From: an uncultured Rhodospirillaceae bacterium
GTDB lineage: Bacteria > Pseudomonadota > Alphaproteobacteria > CAAGCB01 > CAG-977
DNA: 64,000 nucleotides
NCBI GenBank assembly: GCA_900550445.1
Contig: URSF01000003.1
Location: forward strand, 1,158 to 65,157
Direction: 5' to 3'
Every line of letters starts with the position of its first letter. The first letter of the stretch is position 1. This document shows, piece after piece, positions 1 through 9,086 of the stretch. The translations under genes were made by a program, and so were the position numbers. The notes beneath the pieces were generated by a model. It was given only the letters and a program-made list of their open reading frames with translations. It was not told the DNA's origin and did no database searches.

Positions 1-839
1 TTGATCGTTTTCATATCCGGACGGCCGTTTTTCACGATTTCATCATACAAAAACAAGACCAGGTCGGCAAAATTTTCGGAATCTGTCCGTTCATACACGG
101 GCTTGAGCGTTTCAAGACATTCTGCCAGAACGGATCTGTCAATTGCGGATTCGGTGCCGACAGCCGATTCGGGCAGAGTGATCGGCAGAATATTTCCGAC
201 AGGCGCAATCATCGTAATGCAGTTTTTCAAACGCTTTTCCGTAAACAAACTCTGATATCCCGTTTCGTCGGGATCAAGCCAGCCGGATAAAGAAACGGAG
301 TTTTCTTCTTCCGAATCGAAAATTTTAATCGTGGCCAAAGAAATTTCTTTGCCTTTAACGAACGTTTTTGTTCTGACCAGCGCCGGTTTTCCGATTTCAA
401 CGGGGCGATTCGGATAGATAATGCAGACATTCCCGTCAGAAATACCGGCCGGAATCATTGACTTCCCGCGGCATAAAACGGCAAAAGCATTTTCTTCCGC
501 CATAAATGACGGCAGCAAAATATGGCCGGTCAAATCCGATTCGTTAAACCAGCCTTGAGCTATTCCGCAGTTAGCCAGACCGATCAACGGCAACGGGGCA
601 AACGAAAAATCAGACGAATCCGATTCGCCGGATCCTAACAAAAGCCAATCCAGAGAAACATTGCACCGCTGTGCAATACGGCACAGATGGTCATGTTTCG
701 GAATATCGTAATTATTCCATATTCTGGCAAATGTTGCGCTGGGTATTCCCATACGTTTTGCCCAGCGAAAAGGCTCTTCCGTTCCGATGAGTAAAGCTAA
801 ACGTTGATGAAAAGCTTCATTTTTTGTTGTGCTGTTCAT
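1..839 (-). CDS. XRE-type HTH / S24 (LexA/CI-like) peptidase repressor; 3' end runs off the left edge
   Basis: Absent from the ORF track because there is no stop in the window. My reverse-complement translation from the ATG at 839 is open to position 1. It begins MNSTTKNEAFHQRLALLIGTEEPFRWAKRMGIPSATFARIWNNYDIPKHDHLCRIAQRCNVSLDWLLLGSG (HTH). It continues ...AFAVLCRGKSMIPAGISDGNVCIIYPN...ALVRTKTFVKGKEISLATIKIF, which fits the G-x-SM-x-P Ser and downstream Lys of S24 peptidases. Confidence 0.6.
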   Translation of the reverse strand, partial: MNSTTKNEAFHQRLALLIGTEEPFRWAKRMGIPSATFARIWNNYDIPKHDHLCRIAQRCNVSLDWLLLGSGESDSSDFSFAPLPLIGLANCGIAQGWFNESDLTGHILLPSFMAEENAFAVLCRGKSMIPAGISDGNVCIIYPNRPVEIGKPALVRTKTFVKGKEISLATIKIFDSEEENSVSLSGWLDPDETGYQSLFTEKRLKNCITMIAPVGNILPITLPESAVGTESAIDRSVLAECLETLKPVYERTDSENFADLVLFLYDEIVKNGRPDMKTI

Positions 840-1077
840 ATCTTCTGCTCTCCGAAAAAAGGCCTAAAATCTTCCAAAAGCAGAAAATATTTCCGAAAAC
901 GAACTTTTTATTTGAAAATTTCCGTTTTCGGAGTTATTCTTTCAGGTATAACAAAAAGGACTTTTACAGAAAGCCCGACAGCCTCTGGAAAAGTTATGTT
1001 ATACCGCTCGTTCGGTTTGACAGACGAATCTTCTGCATAGTATCTGCTGTCAAACCGGGACAAGAAGATTAGGCCTT

Positions 1078-1120
1078 CTAAAAAACCCGAACTTAAACTG
1101 GTTATTTAAGTTCGGGTCTA
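1078..1120 (-). terminator. Rho-independent terminator after the 172-aa membrane protein gene
   Basis: 13-bp perfect stem acccgaacttaaa / tttaagttcgggt with a 7-nt loop. On the minus strand it is followed by a run of 6 U. Confidence 0.7.
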
Positions 1121-1141
1121 TTTTATAGATTTTTTCATTTT

Positions 1142-1660
1142 TTAGAACTGTTTTTCATCATCTGCCTTTTTTTTCGCCTTTCCAAAAACCTTTTGAAAAA
1201 CAGTTTGAACACCTGATTTCAGGACTATCAAAAGCTTTTTAAAGAACAGACCGAGTGACTTGCCGGCGACCTTAAACAGCTTTACCAGCAGGTATTCAAG
1301 TATCATGGGCGAAAACATAATTAATATGTATTTAGCCAGCGACCAGGCCGTGTAATCAAAAAAGAAAGAAAGAAAAACCCCGAAACATACGCCGATACAG
1401 TAACGCAGTTTTTTATCAAAAAACAAAAAAGGAATCAGATTAACTACAAACAAAAACAAAAAAGTACAAAACAACAGAATCGCCGTTTCCTGGCCGATAA
1501 AAGAAAAAACAGCGGCAATCACATTTTTAACACTGACGAACAGATCTCTGATTTCCAGCATATCCTGATTAAATTTGTCAACGGAATCGGTAAAACCGTG
1601 ATATTTTTCCTGCAGCGTATCCATAGCTTGCATCATATTATCACGAAAAGCTTCAAACAT
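1142..1660 (-). CDS. hypothetical multi-pass membrane protein, last gene of the flagellar-side operon
   Basis: 172-aa ORF with several hydrophobic helices (AAVFSFIGQETAILLFCTFLFLFVVNLIPFLFF...) and a Lys-rich C-terminus. It starts 9 bp after the stop of the TPR gene. No family recognised. Confidence 0.5.
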   Translation of the reverse strand: MFEAFRDNMMQAMDTLQEKYHGFTDSVDKFNQDMLEIRDLFVSVKNVIAAVFSFIGQETAILLFCTFLFLFVVNLIPFLFFDKKLRYCIGVCFGVFLSFFFDYTAWSLAKYILIMFSPMILEYLLVKLFKVAGKSLGLFFKKLLIVLKSGVQTVFQKVFGKAKKKADDEKQF

Positions 1661-1669
1661 ATGCGGCTC

Positions 1670-4663
1670 CTATTGAACGGTTTCGCTTAACCCTTTGGTT
1701 TTAATCAGATTCGTATACTCTTTGGCAAAAGAATGAAAACTTTCCGCCGATTCAACTTCTTTAGCGACCTGATGATAGTCCAGCAGCCCCTGCTGAGGTG
1801 TTTTTGTAATAAAATCAAATGCCTGAGCCAGAGTCGTTTTTTCCATATACGGCATAAAGTTTTCCCGCAGCCGCATAACGACTTTCGGCCGGCCGGCCAG
1901 CCGCAGCGCCGCGGCCCAATCCAAAACGCGCTGAGCTTCCTGTTGTGTCAAAGGAACATTCGGCTGCGGGCGGGCGATCAATAATTTCAAAGCATCGGCT
2001 GCTTTATCCCACATCTGTGCCTGCCAGAAAATTTCGGCGCGCAGCATTTTAGCTTCTTCCGAATTATCGTTTTCCAGCAATTCCGCGGCTTCATCTGTTT
2101 TTTTCAAATCCGCCAGAGCTTTAGCTTTAATATAACGCCGCTGCTTTTGAAGCTTATCCGAAAAGCGGCTGTTTTCACTGATTTTCAAAGCTTTCAAAGC
2201 CTTATCCGGTTCTTTATTCAGTAAACGCACCAAAGCCAAACGCGTTGAAATCAAGCCGCGCTCTTTACTGCCGATCGGTTGACGAATTTGATCGTCCAGC
2301 AGATCCGCGGCACGGTCCAGCAAATCGATAGAAACCAACCGATCCGCCAAACGACGCACGATTTGCGCCCCTTTTTCGCCGGCAGGCGTCAAATCTTTGA
2401 ATTCGTCGTATAAAGCAATCGCCTTTACCGGAGACAAAACATTTTCATTTTCATTCAAATAAAGATTCTGGAAAATATCTTCCATCAGTTTTTGGATATT
2501 TTTGCTTTCCGGCAGACCTTCGAAACGAATCTGCATATCTTTTAAAATATGCAGAACCTGCGAAAAATTCTTTTGATCCTGATAAGCGGCCACCAGCATG
2601 GTCATCAGATTGTATTCAAATTCACCGCCGCGCCAGGCATACGACAACCGTTCCAACTCTTCGATTCGTTCTTGCGGCGTGATTGCGTTCGCGCGCGTAT
2701 CCATGCGCACTTTTTCCAATCCGCCCATAGCGCGGAAATAAAAATCGGTTCCTTCGGCCAGCTGTTTCATTTCGCTGCGGGCCAAAGTATACATACCGGT
2801 CGTTTCCTGCCACAAAGCATGATAAAAAGTAATTTCGTTATTTTCGGATTCGGAATTCTGTGAATTATAAGCGGCTTCCATAAAATTCTGGATAGAAAAT
2901 TCGTCGCCCCCGGCAACGGCGGCATGCAGCCCGGCCAGAGCCAGCCGCGTTTTTATCGGATACGGATACGCTTGCAGAATCGCCATATTATCTTTCATCG
3001 TCTGCAGATAGATTTCCGGCGTGCGCGAAGAAGCAGCCAGCGTCGCCGCGCGCCAGTAATCTGAAGCCATATCATCTTTTAATAACGGCGAAGACAAATC
3101 TTTTATCGCCTCATCATAGCGCATCAGCATAAAATTAATGGCCCCGCGCAAAGCAATCAGCCCCGGCAGCTTTGCCAAAGCCGGATTATCGGCGGCAATC
3201 ACGCGGACAATACTCATCGCTTCGGGATACATGCCGTTCGCAAAGTAATAACGCGCCAGAATCAGACGTTGAACGTCTTTATCTTTTTTATCGGCTTTCA
3301 GGACATTATCCTGCAAAATTTTTAAATTTTTCAAATAATTTCCGGGATCGTTCGAGGACCACGCGGCCACGTCGAGAATTTGGGACAAGGGATCGGCATT
3401 AATTTTCGATTTAGCCAAAAAAGACAGAATATCTTCCGATGAAAAACGCATGCCGCCCTCCGGGCCGCGGACTTCAATCCCCGATGTCGAAGCATAAACG
3501 TTCAAATCTTCAATATTAGGAATAATGACCATGCCCTGCGCCGTTTGCAAAAATCCGGCATCTACGAACGAACGCGGATTGGGCACGCCTTTGCCCAGCG
3601 AAAAAATCGGCACGATATACATCAGGTCGCCGACTTCCGGATCAATCAGAGGAATAACCTGCGGCGATTCGTCCAAAGGAACAAAAATCCGCGCGCCGAA
3701 AGGCGTTTTACGCTGTAAAATCAAATCAACCGATTGTTTCGGCCGGATCGGCTGATACATCAGATCGACGACCCACAACAACCCTTCCCGGCGCAGACTG
3801 GGATTATATCCCTTTTCCGTCACCAGACGGAAAATCGTCGCATGAGAATGCGGCACCTGAATCATCTCATGAATGATGTCTTTGTATAATTCACGTTCCA
3901 GACTGAAATCAAAATCGCCCTTCCGGTCAAAAACGATCCACACATAACCGTCACGACGAAACGCGGCGACGGCCGTCATACGGTTCCAGGGAAAACTGAG
4001 CGTCGCCGCGCGATACCCCGACACATCTTCCTGCTGTACTTCCTTTTTCTGGCCTGTTCGGTTTTCAAAAATCTGCGGGCTGGATAAGTTTAGGGAAATA
4101 TTTGTCTGCGATTCCGTATAAGGAATTTTGGATAAATCAATTTCCTGTGCAGGAACGGCTTTGTTTTCATTATCAATATCGTCAATAATTTCCTGTTCGG
4201 CAGCAATCGGCCGTTCTGCCGGCAAAACAGACGGAACGACGTTTTTTCCCTGTGATTTTTCGGGCGGCCGGTCCGGCTGTTTTTCCTTTTCCCGCAGCAC
4301 AACAAAAATATCACGGCCGTCCTTTCGGGCAAAAGCGCTGCCGTCTTTCGGCAAAACGACAGAAAAAATCAACTGCCCGTTTTTTTGCGTCAACTCCATT
4401 TGGCGCCATTGCGCCGGCAGAGCGGTCAATATTTGTTTTAACCGGCCGGCCGGAACGGAAGACTGAGTTAAAAATGTCAAAGAATACCGCCCCGCGTCAG
4501 TATTTTCGGAAAAATCGACCGCGCCGCCCCAGGAAAACTGCAGCCGTGTTTCATGTTCGCGCTGCACAACCGACAGACGGGGCGCCGGCGGAACTGCCGC
4601 GGAAACCTGTACGGCAAACAGCCATACCCACATAAACGCCGCGATTTTTTTCAGTCTGCCCAT
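1670..4663 (-). CDS. large secreted/periplasmic TPR-repeat protein encoded in the flagellar motor operon
   Basis: 997-aa ORF with an N-terminal signal peptide (MGRLKKIAAFMWVWLFAVQVSAAVP). The C-terminal ~550 aa is helical-repeat/TPR-like (YYFANGMYPEAMSI..., DYWRAATLA..., AEIFWQAQMWDKAADALK). It sits directly downstream of the cheY-like gene. Confidence 0.6.
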   Translation of the reverse strand: MGRLKKIAAFMWVWLFAVQVSAAVPPAPRLSVVQREHETRLQFSWGGAVDFSENTDAGRYSLTFLTQSSVPAGRLKQILTALPAQWRQMELTQKNGQLIFSVVLPKDGSAFARKDGRDIFVVLREKEKQPDRPPEKSQGKNVVPSVLPAERPIAAEQEIIDDIDNENKAVPAQEIDLSKIPYTESQTNISLNLSSPQIFENRTGQKKEVQQEDVSGYRAATLSFPWNRMTAVAAFRRDGYVWIVFDRKGDFDFSLERELYKDIIHEMIQVPHSHATIFRLVTEKGYNPSLRREGLLWVVDLMYQPIRPKQSVDLILQRKTPFGARIFVPLDESPQVIPLIDPEVGDLMYIVPIFSLGKGVPNPRSFVDAGFLQTAQGMVIIPNIEDLNVYASTSGIEVRGPEGGMRFSSEDILSFLAKSKINADPLSQILDVAAWSSNDPGNYLKNLKILQDNVLKADKKDKDVQRLILARYYFANGMYPEAMSIVRVIAADNPALAKLPGLIALRGAINFMLMRYDEAIKDLSSPLLKDDMASDYWRAATLAASSRTPEIYLQTMKDNMAILQAYPYPIKTRLALAGLHAAVAGGDEFSIQNFMEAAYNSQNSESENNEITFYHALWQETTGMYTLARSEMKQLAEGTDFYFRAMGGLEKVRMDTRANAITPQERIEELERLSYAWRGGEFEYNLMTMLVAAYQDQKNFSQVLHILKDMQIRFEGLPESKNIQKLMEDIFQNLYLNENENVLSPVKAIALYDEFKDLTPAGEKGAQIVRRLADRLVSIDLLDRAADLLDDQIRQPIGSKERGLISTRLALVRLLNKEPDKALKALKISENSRFSDKLQKQRRYIKAKALADLKKTDEAAELLENDNSEEAKMLRAEIFWQAQMWDKAADALKLLIARPQPNVPLTQQEAQRVLDWAAALRLAGRPKVVMRLRENFMPYMEKTTLAQAFDFITKTPQQGLLDYHQVAKEVESAESFHSFAKEYTNLIKTKGLSETVQ

Positions 4664-4684
4664 TTCCCGTCCGATCCCGCTTTA

Positions 4685-5083
4685 TTAAAAAGAACCGAAC
4701 AAAGTCGTCATTCTTTTTCTTAACGTCGCTTTAGTAAAAGGTTTGGCAATAAAATCCGCCGCGCCGGCATTACGCATAACGTCGGTTAATTCCTCATTGC
4801 TTTCGGCGCTGACGACGACAAACGGCGTATCTTTCAGTTTTTCGTTGCCGCGCATTGTTTTTAAGAAATCCTCGCCGGACATCGGTCCGGTCCGCCAATC
4901 AAAAATAACCAGCCCGCAAGTCTGCTTTTGTAAAATATCCAAAGCTTCGTCCGTTGTAGCGGCCTCTATTGTATTCAAAAAGCCCAGTTGATTGAACAAA
5001 TTGCGAATGACGCCGCGCATTGTTTGATAATCATCAACAATCAGCACACAAATTCCTTTATCCACAGCCATTTTTATCCTCAT
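4685..5083 (-). CDS. single-domain CheY-like response regulator (receiver)
   Basis: Receiver motifs VLIVDDYQTMR, LVIFDWRTGPMSG (phospho-Asp), VVVSAES and IAKPF. A more likely start is the ATG at 5071 (MAVDKG...), preceded by GAGGA. Confidence 0.8.
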   Translation of the reverse strand: MRIKMAVDKGICVLIVDDYQTMRGVIRNLFNQLGFLNTIEAATTDEALDILQKQTCGLVIFDWRTGPMSGEDFLKTMRGNEKLKDTPFVVVSAESNEELTDVMRNAGAADFIAKPFTKATLRKRMTTLFGSF

Positions 5084-5153
5084 TTTGGCAATACGACAAG
5101 GCAGTTTAATTTATATTAAGTGTTTATAAAAGCCCTTTTAATTAAAAAGGCTT

Positions 5154-5918
5154 TTATTTTTTCTGTTCCATGTCGGGGCCGTCGTATCCGGGCAGCGCTC
5201 TTTTATTTGCCAGTTCGGACGTCAGCGCGTTTGCTTTGGCCGAATCCATCAATGCCAGAATCGGCGCCGCCTTTGATTCTTTCATCTGTTCAAAAACGCG
5301 CACCAGCAAAGGCATTTCCATATCGTTAAACAAACGGGCCGCTTCTTTGGGTTTCATGGTTGAATAAATTTTGACCAGATTATTCAGCCGATCACGTTCT
5401 TTTTCATCATAAACGCCGATCAGATCTTTAATAGAAGCTTCCAGTTCTTTTAATTTGGCGATTTTTACATCTATCTGCGCTTCGGCGGCTTTTAAAACGC
5501 CGGCCTTTTGTTCGATGCTGCGTTCCCGGATATCCAGTTCTTCGCGTCGTTGAGCCAATTTCTGCAGGATTTCCAGTTCGGATTGTGAAAAGCTTTTACC
5601 GGATTCTTTGTTTTCCGGCTGCTGAGTTCTGTTTTTTTCCGCGTCGGAAACGGCCTGCGTGATTTTAGAAGATAAAGACCCCGCTTTTGCTTCGGCAGCC
5701 ATAGCCGACGACTGCGCCTGAACGGGCGTTACGGCGACAGCAGACTGTTCGCCGGCGGATTGAGGCAGAACCAAATTCCGCCAGACCACCCCGACACGCA
5801 CGGACAGCATCAGAACACAGAAAAAAATAACCAAAGGCAGCAGCCTGAACCGGGCGGCGCGCGATTTTTTTGTTTTTTCCCTGCGCACGGAAGCGGAAGT
5901 TTTCATTTCAGCCATCAC
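5154..5918 (-). CDS. MotE/FlbB-like flagellar motility protein (MgtE-N type C-terminal domain)
   Basis: One TM helix, a coiled coil, then MKPKEAARLFNDMEMPLLVRVFEQMKESKAAPILALMDSAKANALTSELA. Located in a flagellar context. Confidence 0.65.
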   Translation of the reverse strand: MMAEMKTSASVRREKTKKSRAARFRLLPLVIFFCVLMLSVRVGVVWRNLVLPQSAGEQSAVAVTPVQAQSSAMAAEAKAGSLSSKITQAVSDAEKNRTQQPENKESGKSFSQSELEILQKLAQRREELDIRERSIEQKAGVLKAAEAQIDVKIAKLKELEASIKDLIGVYDEKERDRLNNLVKIYSTMKPKEAARLFNDMEMPLLVRVFEQMKESKAAPILALMDSAKANALTSELANKRALPGYDGPDMEQKK

Positions 5919-5926
5919 CGGTACTC

Positions 5927-6532
5927 CTAACGCATGGACTGCAAAGCTTTAAGCAGCTCCCGTTCCGCTTCCGACCGGTCGGCGCCGATCTCTTCTTCCG
6001 GAACGGGAACAAAAGCTTTTTTGGTTGTTTTCGGCGCTTTTGGTCCTTCGACATCGCGTAAAATATCCTGCGCCGCAGAAACCGCCGATGAAATCAGGTC
6101 TTCCGGATTTTCGGCCAGCACCCGTTTCTTTTTCGGTTTGGCTGCAAAAGGCGAAGCCGCCTTTGCTTCTTCGGCCGGATTGATCAGATTGTCAGCCGGA
6201 CGGCCTGCCGAAGGAACCGCGCGCATCGAATCTTCCAGCCGCTGGACAATCGTATCGGCCCGTTCGATCATAAAAGCCATATCGTCACGCAAAGTCTGCG
6301 CTTTTTGTATCTGTTCGCGCAGCAAACCGCCGGCGCTGTCCGCGGCCTGCTTTAATCTGGGAATACCGGATTCCGCCCGTGTTGTCGCATCGTTAAACGC
6401 TTCGATCAACCGTCCCAGATCCGCCCGGCTGTTGCGCAGAACTTCCAGACGTTTGTTCAAAATAATCGCGAAAATAATCGTCGGCACCAAAAGACAGATC
6501 ACGACAATATTGATAAAAAGTTCGACTGACAT
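5927..6532 (-). CDS. membrane-anchored coiled-coil protein of the fliLM operon (DUF6468-like, tentative)
   Basis: 201 aa with an N-terminal TM helix (FINIVVICLLVPTIIFAIIL) followed by a helical region. It lies between fliM and the motE-like gene, as in other alphaproteobacterial flagellar clusters (recalled synteny). Confidence 0.5.
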   Translation of the reverse strand: MSVELFINIVVICLLVPTIIFAIILNKRLEVLRNSRADLGRLIEAFNDATTRAESGIPRLKQAADSAGGLLREQIQKAQTLRDDMAFMIERADTIVQRLEDSMRAVPSAGRPADNLINPAEEAKAASPFAAKPKKKRVLAENPEDLISSAVSAAQDILRDVEGPKAPKTTKKAFVPVPEEEIGADRSEAERELLKALQSMR

Positions 6533-6537
6533 GAGCT

Positions 6538-7584
6538 TTAATCCTTCTGCCGTTTAATTTTATCTTCGATCTGAACGGCGATATGATCACCCTTGCGCCC
6601 CATGCGCCCGTAAAACATCGGAATGTCGCCGCAGACCATTTCCACTTCGGAATCAGGCGTCGCGTTTAACAGCAGACGCGTTCCGACTTTCCATTTCAAC
6701 ACTTGTTTCAACGACGTCATATGTCTGTCCAAAACGGCCAGCAGATCAATTTCGCTGACCCACAACGCTTCGGCCAGATGGTTTTCCCAAATACTGTCGC
6801 GGCCGAATTTTTCCCCCATAAATCCCTGCAGCAACAATTCGCGCACCGGTTCCAGCATGGCGTACGGCAGCAACAGTTCAATCCTGCCGCCCCGGTCTTC
6901 CATGTCAATTCTGAATTTGGCGACGACGGCCGCGTTTGACGGACGTGAAATCATGGCAAAGCGTGGATTTGTTTCCAAACGGTCGAACCGGAATGTCACC
7001 GGCGACAGCGGATCAAAAGCCGCCGACAGATCCGACAAAACCAGATGCAGCATTTTTTCGATCAGATTACGTTCGATCAGCGTATACGGTCTGCCGTCCA
7101 GACGCATTGCCGCCGTTCCCCGCCGGCCGCCCAGCAACACGTCAACCATCGTATAAATCAGGGACGAATCGATTGTCATTAAACCGAAATTATCCCATTC
7201 TTCGGCTTTAAACACAGACATCATGGACGGCTGCGCGACGGCGTCCAGATAATCGCCGAAACGCATGGTGTCTATTCCTTCCAGCGTAATTTCAATGTTA
7301 AACTGAGTAAAATTACGCAAAGTCGTTGACATCAAACGCACCAGCCGGTCGAAAACGATTTCCAGCATCGGCAGACGTTCATAAGAAACCGTAGACGTAT
7401 TTAACAGCGCCTGAACACCCGTTTGTTCGTCGTGTTCAATCCCGTTATTCAGCAGGCTGTCAATTTCGTCCTGATTTAAAATCTGGGAAACGTCCTGCCT
7501 GTCCTGAGCAAACCCGTCAGAATTTACAGACATTCCCGTCTGCATTTGTTCAGTCGTCAGGTTGTTTTGCCTGTCTTGTGCCAT
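6538..7584 (-). CDS. fliM: flagellar motor switch protein FliM
   Basis: 348 aa with the N-terminal CheY-P binding motif LNQDEIDSLL. The FliM-like middle and C-terminal regions are present, and the gene follows fliL. Confidence 0.85.
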   Translation of the reverse strand: MAQDRQNNLTTEQMQTGMSVNSDGFAQDRQDVSQILNQDEIDSLLNNGIEHDEQTGVQALLNTSTVSYERLPMLEIVFDRLVRLMSTTLRNFTQFNIEITLEGIDTMRFGDYLDAVAQPSMMSVFKAEEWDNFGLMTIDSSLIYTMVDVLLGGRRGTAAMRLDGRPYTLIERNLIEKMLHLVLSDLSAAFDPLSPVTFRFDRLETNPRFAMISRPSNAAVVAKFRIDMEDRGGRIELLLPYAMLEPVRELLLQGFMGEKFGRDSIWENHLAEALWVSEIDLLAVLDRHMTSLKQVLKWKVGTRLLLNATPDSEVEMVCGDIPMFYGRMGRKGDHIAVQIEDKIKRQKD

Positions 7585-7593
7585 GCGGTCCTC

Positions 7594-8130
7594 TTATTGA
7601 ATCAAAATTTCTTTAAACAGCACGTCGTTTACTTTTACCGGCGCCAGAATACGGTTCAGCCGGCCCTGAATTTCTTCTTTCAGCCGGTAAGTCCCGACAG
7701 ATCCCTGCAATTCTTCCAACCGCATTTCCCGCAGATAAAACTGCAGACTGTCGATAATGCGCGGCAGCATTTTTTCCGCCTGTCCGGCATCGGCGGCGGA
7801 ATTCATTTCCAGCGCCACTTTGATTTTAAAATAAATCGGTTTCTGTCCCGGCCGGGCGGATAAGTTGACCAAAATTTCAGGAACGTCAAAAAAAACGGTC
7901 GACAGATTAGCCTGTTCTTCCGGCGCCGCCTCTCCTTCTTGCGTTGCAGTTGTCGGCATGGTCAGAAAAGAATCGGCAATCCCCGAAAAATAAAGTCCGA
8001 TAACCGATCCGATAACCAGAAAAATCGGCAAAAGCAGCAGCAATATTTTCTTTTTCGGCGCGGTATTTGATGACGAACGTTCGGTTTCGTCTTCCGTTTC
8101 AGAAAGTTGTTCATCAATTTCCGCAGCCAT
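7594..8130 (-). CDS. fliL: flagellar basal body-associated protein FliL
   Basis: The track ORF extends to 8400, but the plausible start is the ATG at 8130 (MAAEIDEQ...). This gives an acidic N-terminus, one TM helix (ILLLLLPIFLVIGSVIGLYF) and a FliL-like C-terminus (VFFDVPEILVNL...IYFKIKVALE...LRLEEL). Confidence 0.8.
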   Translation of the reverse strand: MAAEIDEQLSETEDETERSSSNTAPKKKILLLLLPIFLVIGSVIGLYFSGIADSFLTMPTTATQEGEAAPEEQANLSTVFFDVPEILVNLSARPGQKPIYFKIKVALEMNSAADAGQAEKMLPRIIDSLQFYLREMRLEELQGSVGTYRLKEEIQGRLNRILAPVKVNDVLFKEILIQ

Positions 8131-8254
8131 TTCAAATCCCCATATTAAATTTCCGTAATTATGTTTGTTATACGCTGTTTTAGTTAATAACAGGTTATAA
8201 GCGAAAATAATTTTTACAGTCTTTTTTTTCAAGAAAAACCCTAAAAATAAAAAT

Positions 8255-8270
8255 TGGCACGCTTTGTGCA
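8255..8270 (+). promoter_or_regulatory. sigma54 (-24/-12) type promoter for flgFGAH
   Basis: TGGCACGCTTTGTGCA compared with the consensus TGGCACG-N4-TTGCW. The GG and GC elements are correctly spaced with one mismatch. It lies about 49 bp upstream of the flgF ATG. Confidence 0.6.
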
Positions 8271-8318
8271 TTACATTAAGCGAAAACAAACAGCTCCGTA
8301 CGGAAACAGGGGGAAAAA

Positions 8319-9059
8319 ATGGAAAATACACTTTATATTGCTTTGTCCAGACAAACCAGCCTGTGGCGCCAGTTGGACATGGTCGCCAACAATCTGGCAA
8401 ACGTTAATACGACCGGCTATAAAGGCGTTCAGCCTCATTTTACGGAATATGTTTCCAAAAGCAAAACAGATGAAAGCCTTTTGTCGGACAGATTATCCTT
8501 TGTCCACGATTTCGGCATCGTCCGCGATTTTACCGAAGGCGCGTTTTCAGCGACGGACAATCCGCTGGATCTGGCGATTCACGGCCCGTCCTACTTTGTC
8601 GTCGACACCCCCGAAGGCATTCGCTACACACGCAACGGCCAACTGAAAATCAATGACGAAGGCATGCTGGTAACGTCTTCCAACTATCCGATACTGGACG
8701 ACAGAAACAACCCGATTTTTATCGCCCCCGAAGAAACGGAATTCAACGTCACGCGCGACGGAACGATTTTAACGGAAAACGGCCCGGTCGCCACTTTGCA
8801 GACCGTCGAATTCGCCGATCAGCAGAAACTGCGCGCGACTCACAGCGGCCTTTACAGAAACACGGAAAACAATCCGATGACGGTCGTCCGCCCGAATGTC
8901 GAACAGGGTATGATCGAAACATCAAACGTCAACGCCGTTGTGGAAATGGCGGAAATGATTAAATTGCAGCGCGCTTATGAAAACATTCAGATGATGATTG
9001 ATACGGAACATACGCGCCGGCAGAACGCCATGCAGGTTTATGCCAGATCCGGCAGTTAA
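8319..9059 (+). CDS. flgF: flagellar basal-body rod protein FlgF
   Basis: N-terminal rod motif LYIALSRQTSLWRQLDMVANNLANVNTTGYK and C-terminal SNVNAVVEMAEMIKLQRAYE. It precedes flgG. Confidence 0.85.
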   Translation: MENTLYIALSRQTSLWRQLDMVANNLANVNTTGYKGVQPHFTEYVSKSKTDESLLSDRLSFVHDFGIVRDFTEGAFSATDNPLDLAIHGPSYFVVDTPEGIRYTRNGQLKINDEGMLVTSSNYPILDDRNNPIFIAPEETEFNVTRDGTILTENGPVATLQTVEFADQQKLRATHSGLYRNTENNPMTVVRPNVEQGMIETSNVNAVVEMAEMIKLQRAYENIQMMIDTEHTRRQNAMQVYARSGS

Positions 9060-9086
9060 GAATTTATTTTTTAAGGAGTCACTATC

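Noticed and set aside
804-1072. Two overlapping 78- and 82-aa plus-strand ORFs in the intergenic region upstream of the repressor.
   Set aside because: They are Lys/Phe/Ser-rich products of AT-rich spacer DNA. One overlaps the repressor start. There is no RBS.
5934-6557. 207-aa plus-strand ORF. Similar long antisense ORFs occur at 24991-25617, 26749-27435, 29353-30054, 41847-42677, 50979-51647, 52005-52619 and 56820-57497.
   Set aside because: Each lies entirely antisense to a well-supported gene (flagellar DUF protein, gltX, the ATPase, the helicase, gatB, rnj, birA, nuoL). Their composition is Arg/Ser/Pro-rich or otherwise low complexity, typical of shadow ORFs. No RBS or motif was seen.
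8131-8400. N-terminal 90-aa extension of FliL in the ORF track (MPDCWRPCPTG...). Similar extensions appear on gatB (to 42662), gatC (to 44436), nuoC (to 63348), nuoH (to 59533), nuoG (to 61554), mscS (from 46673) and flaF (from 11716).
   Set aside because: The extensions overlap upstream genes or promoter DNA and have non-protein-like composition. In each case an internal ATG or GTG gives the expected N-terminus. That start either has an RBS or forms a stop/start overlap with the preceding gene.
8254-8646. 130-aa plus-strand ORF overlapping the flgF start.
   Set aside because: It is out of frame with the clearly recognisable flgF and begins inside the sigma54 promoter element.
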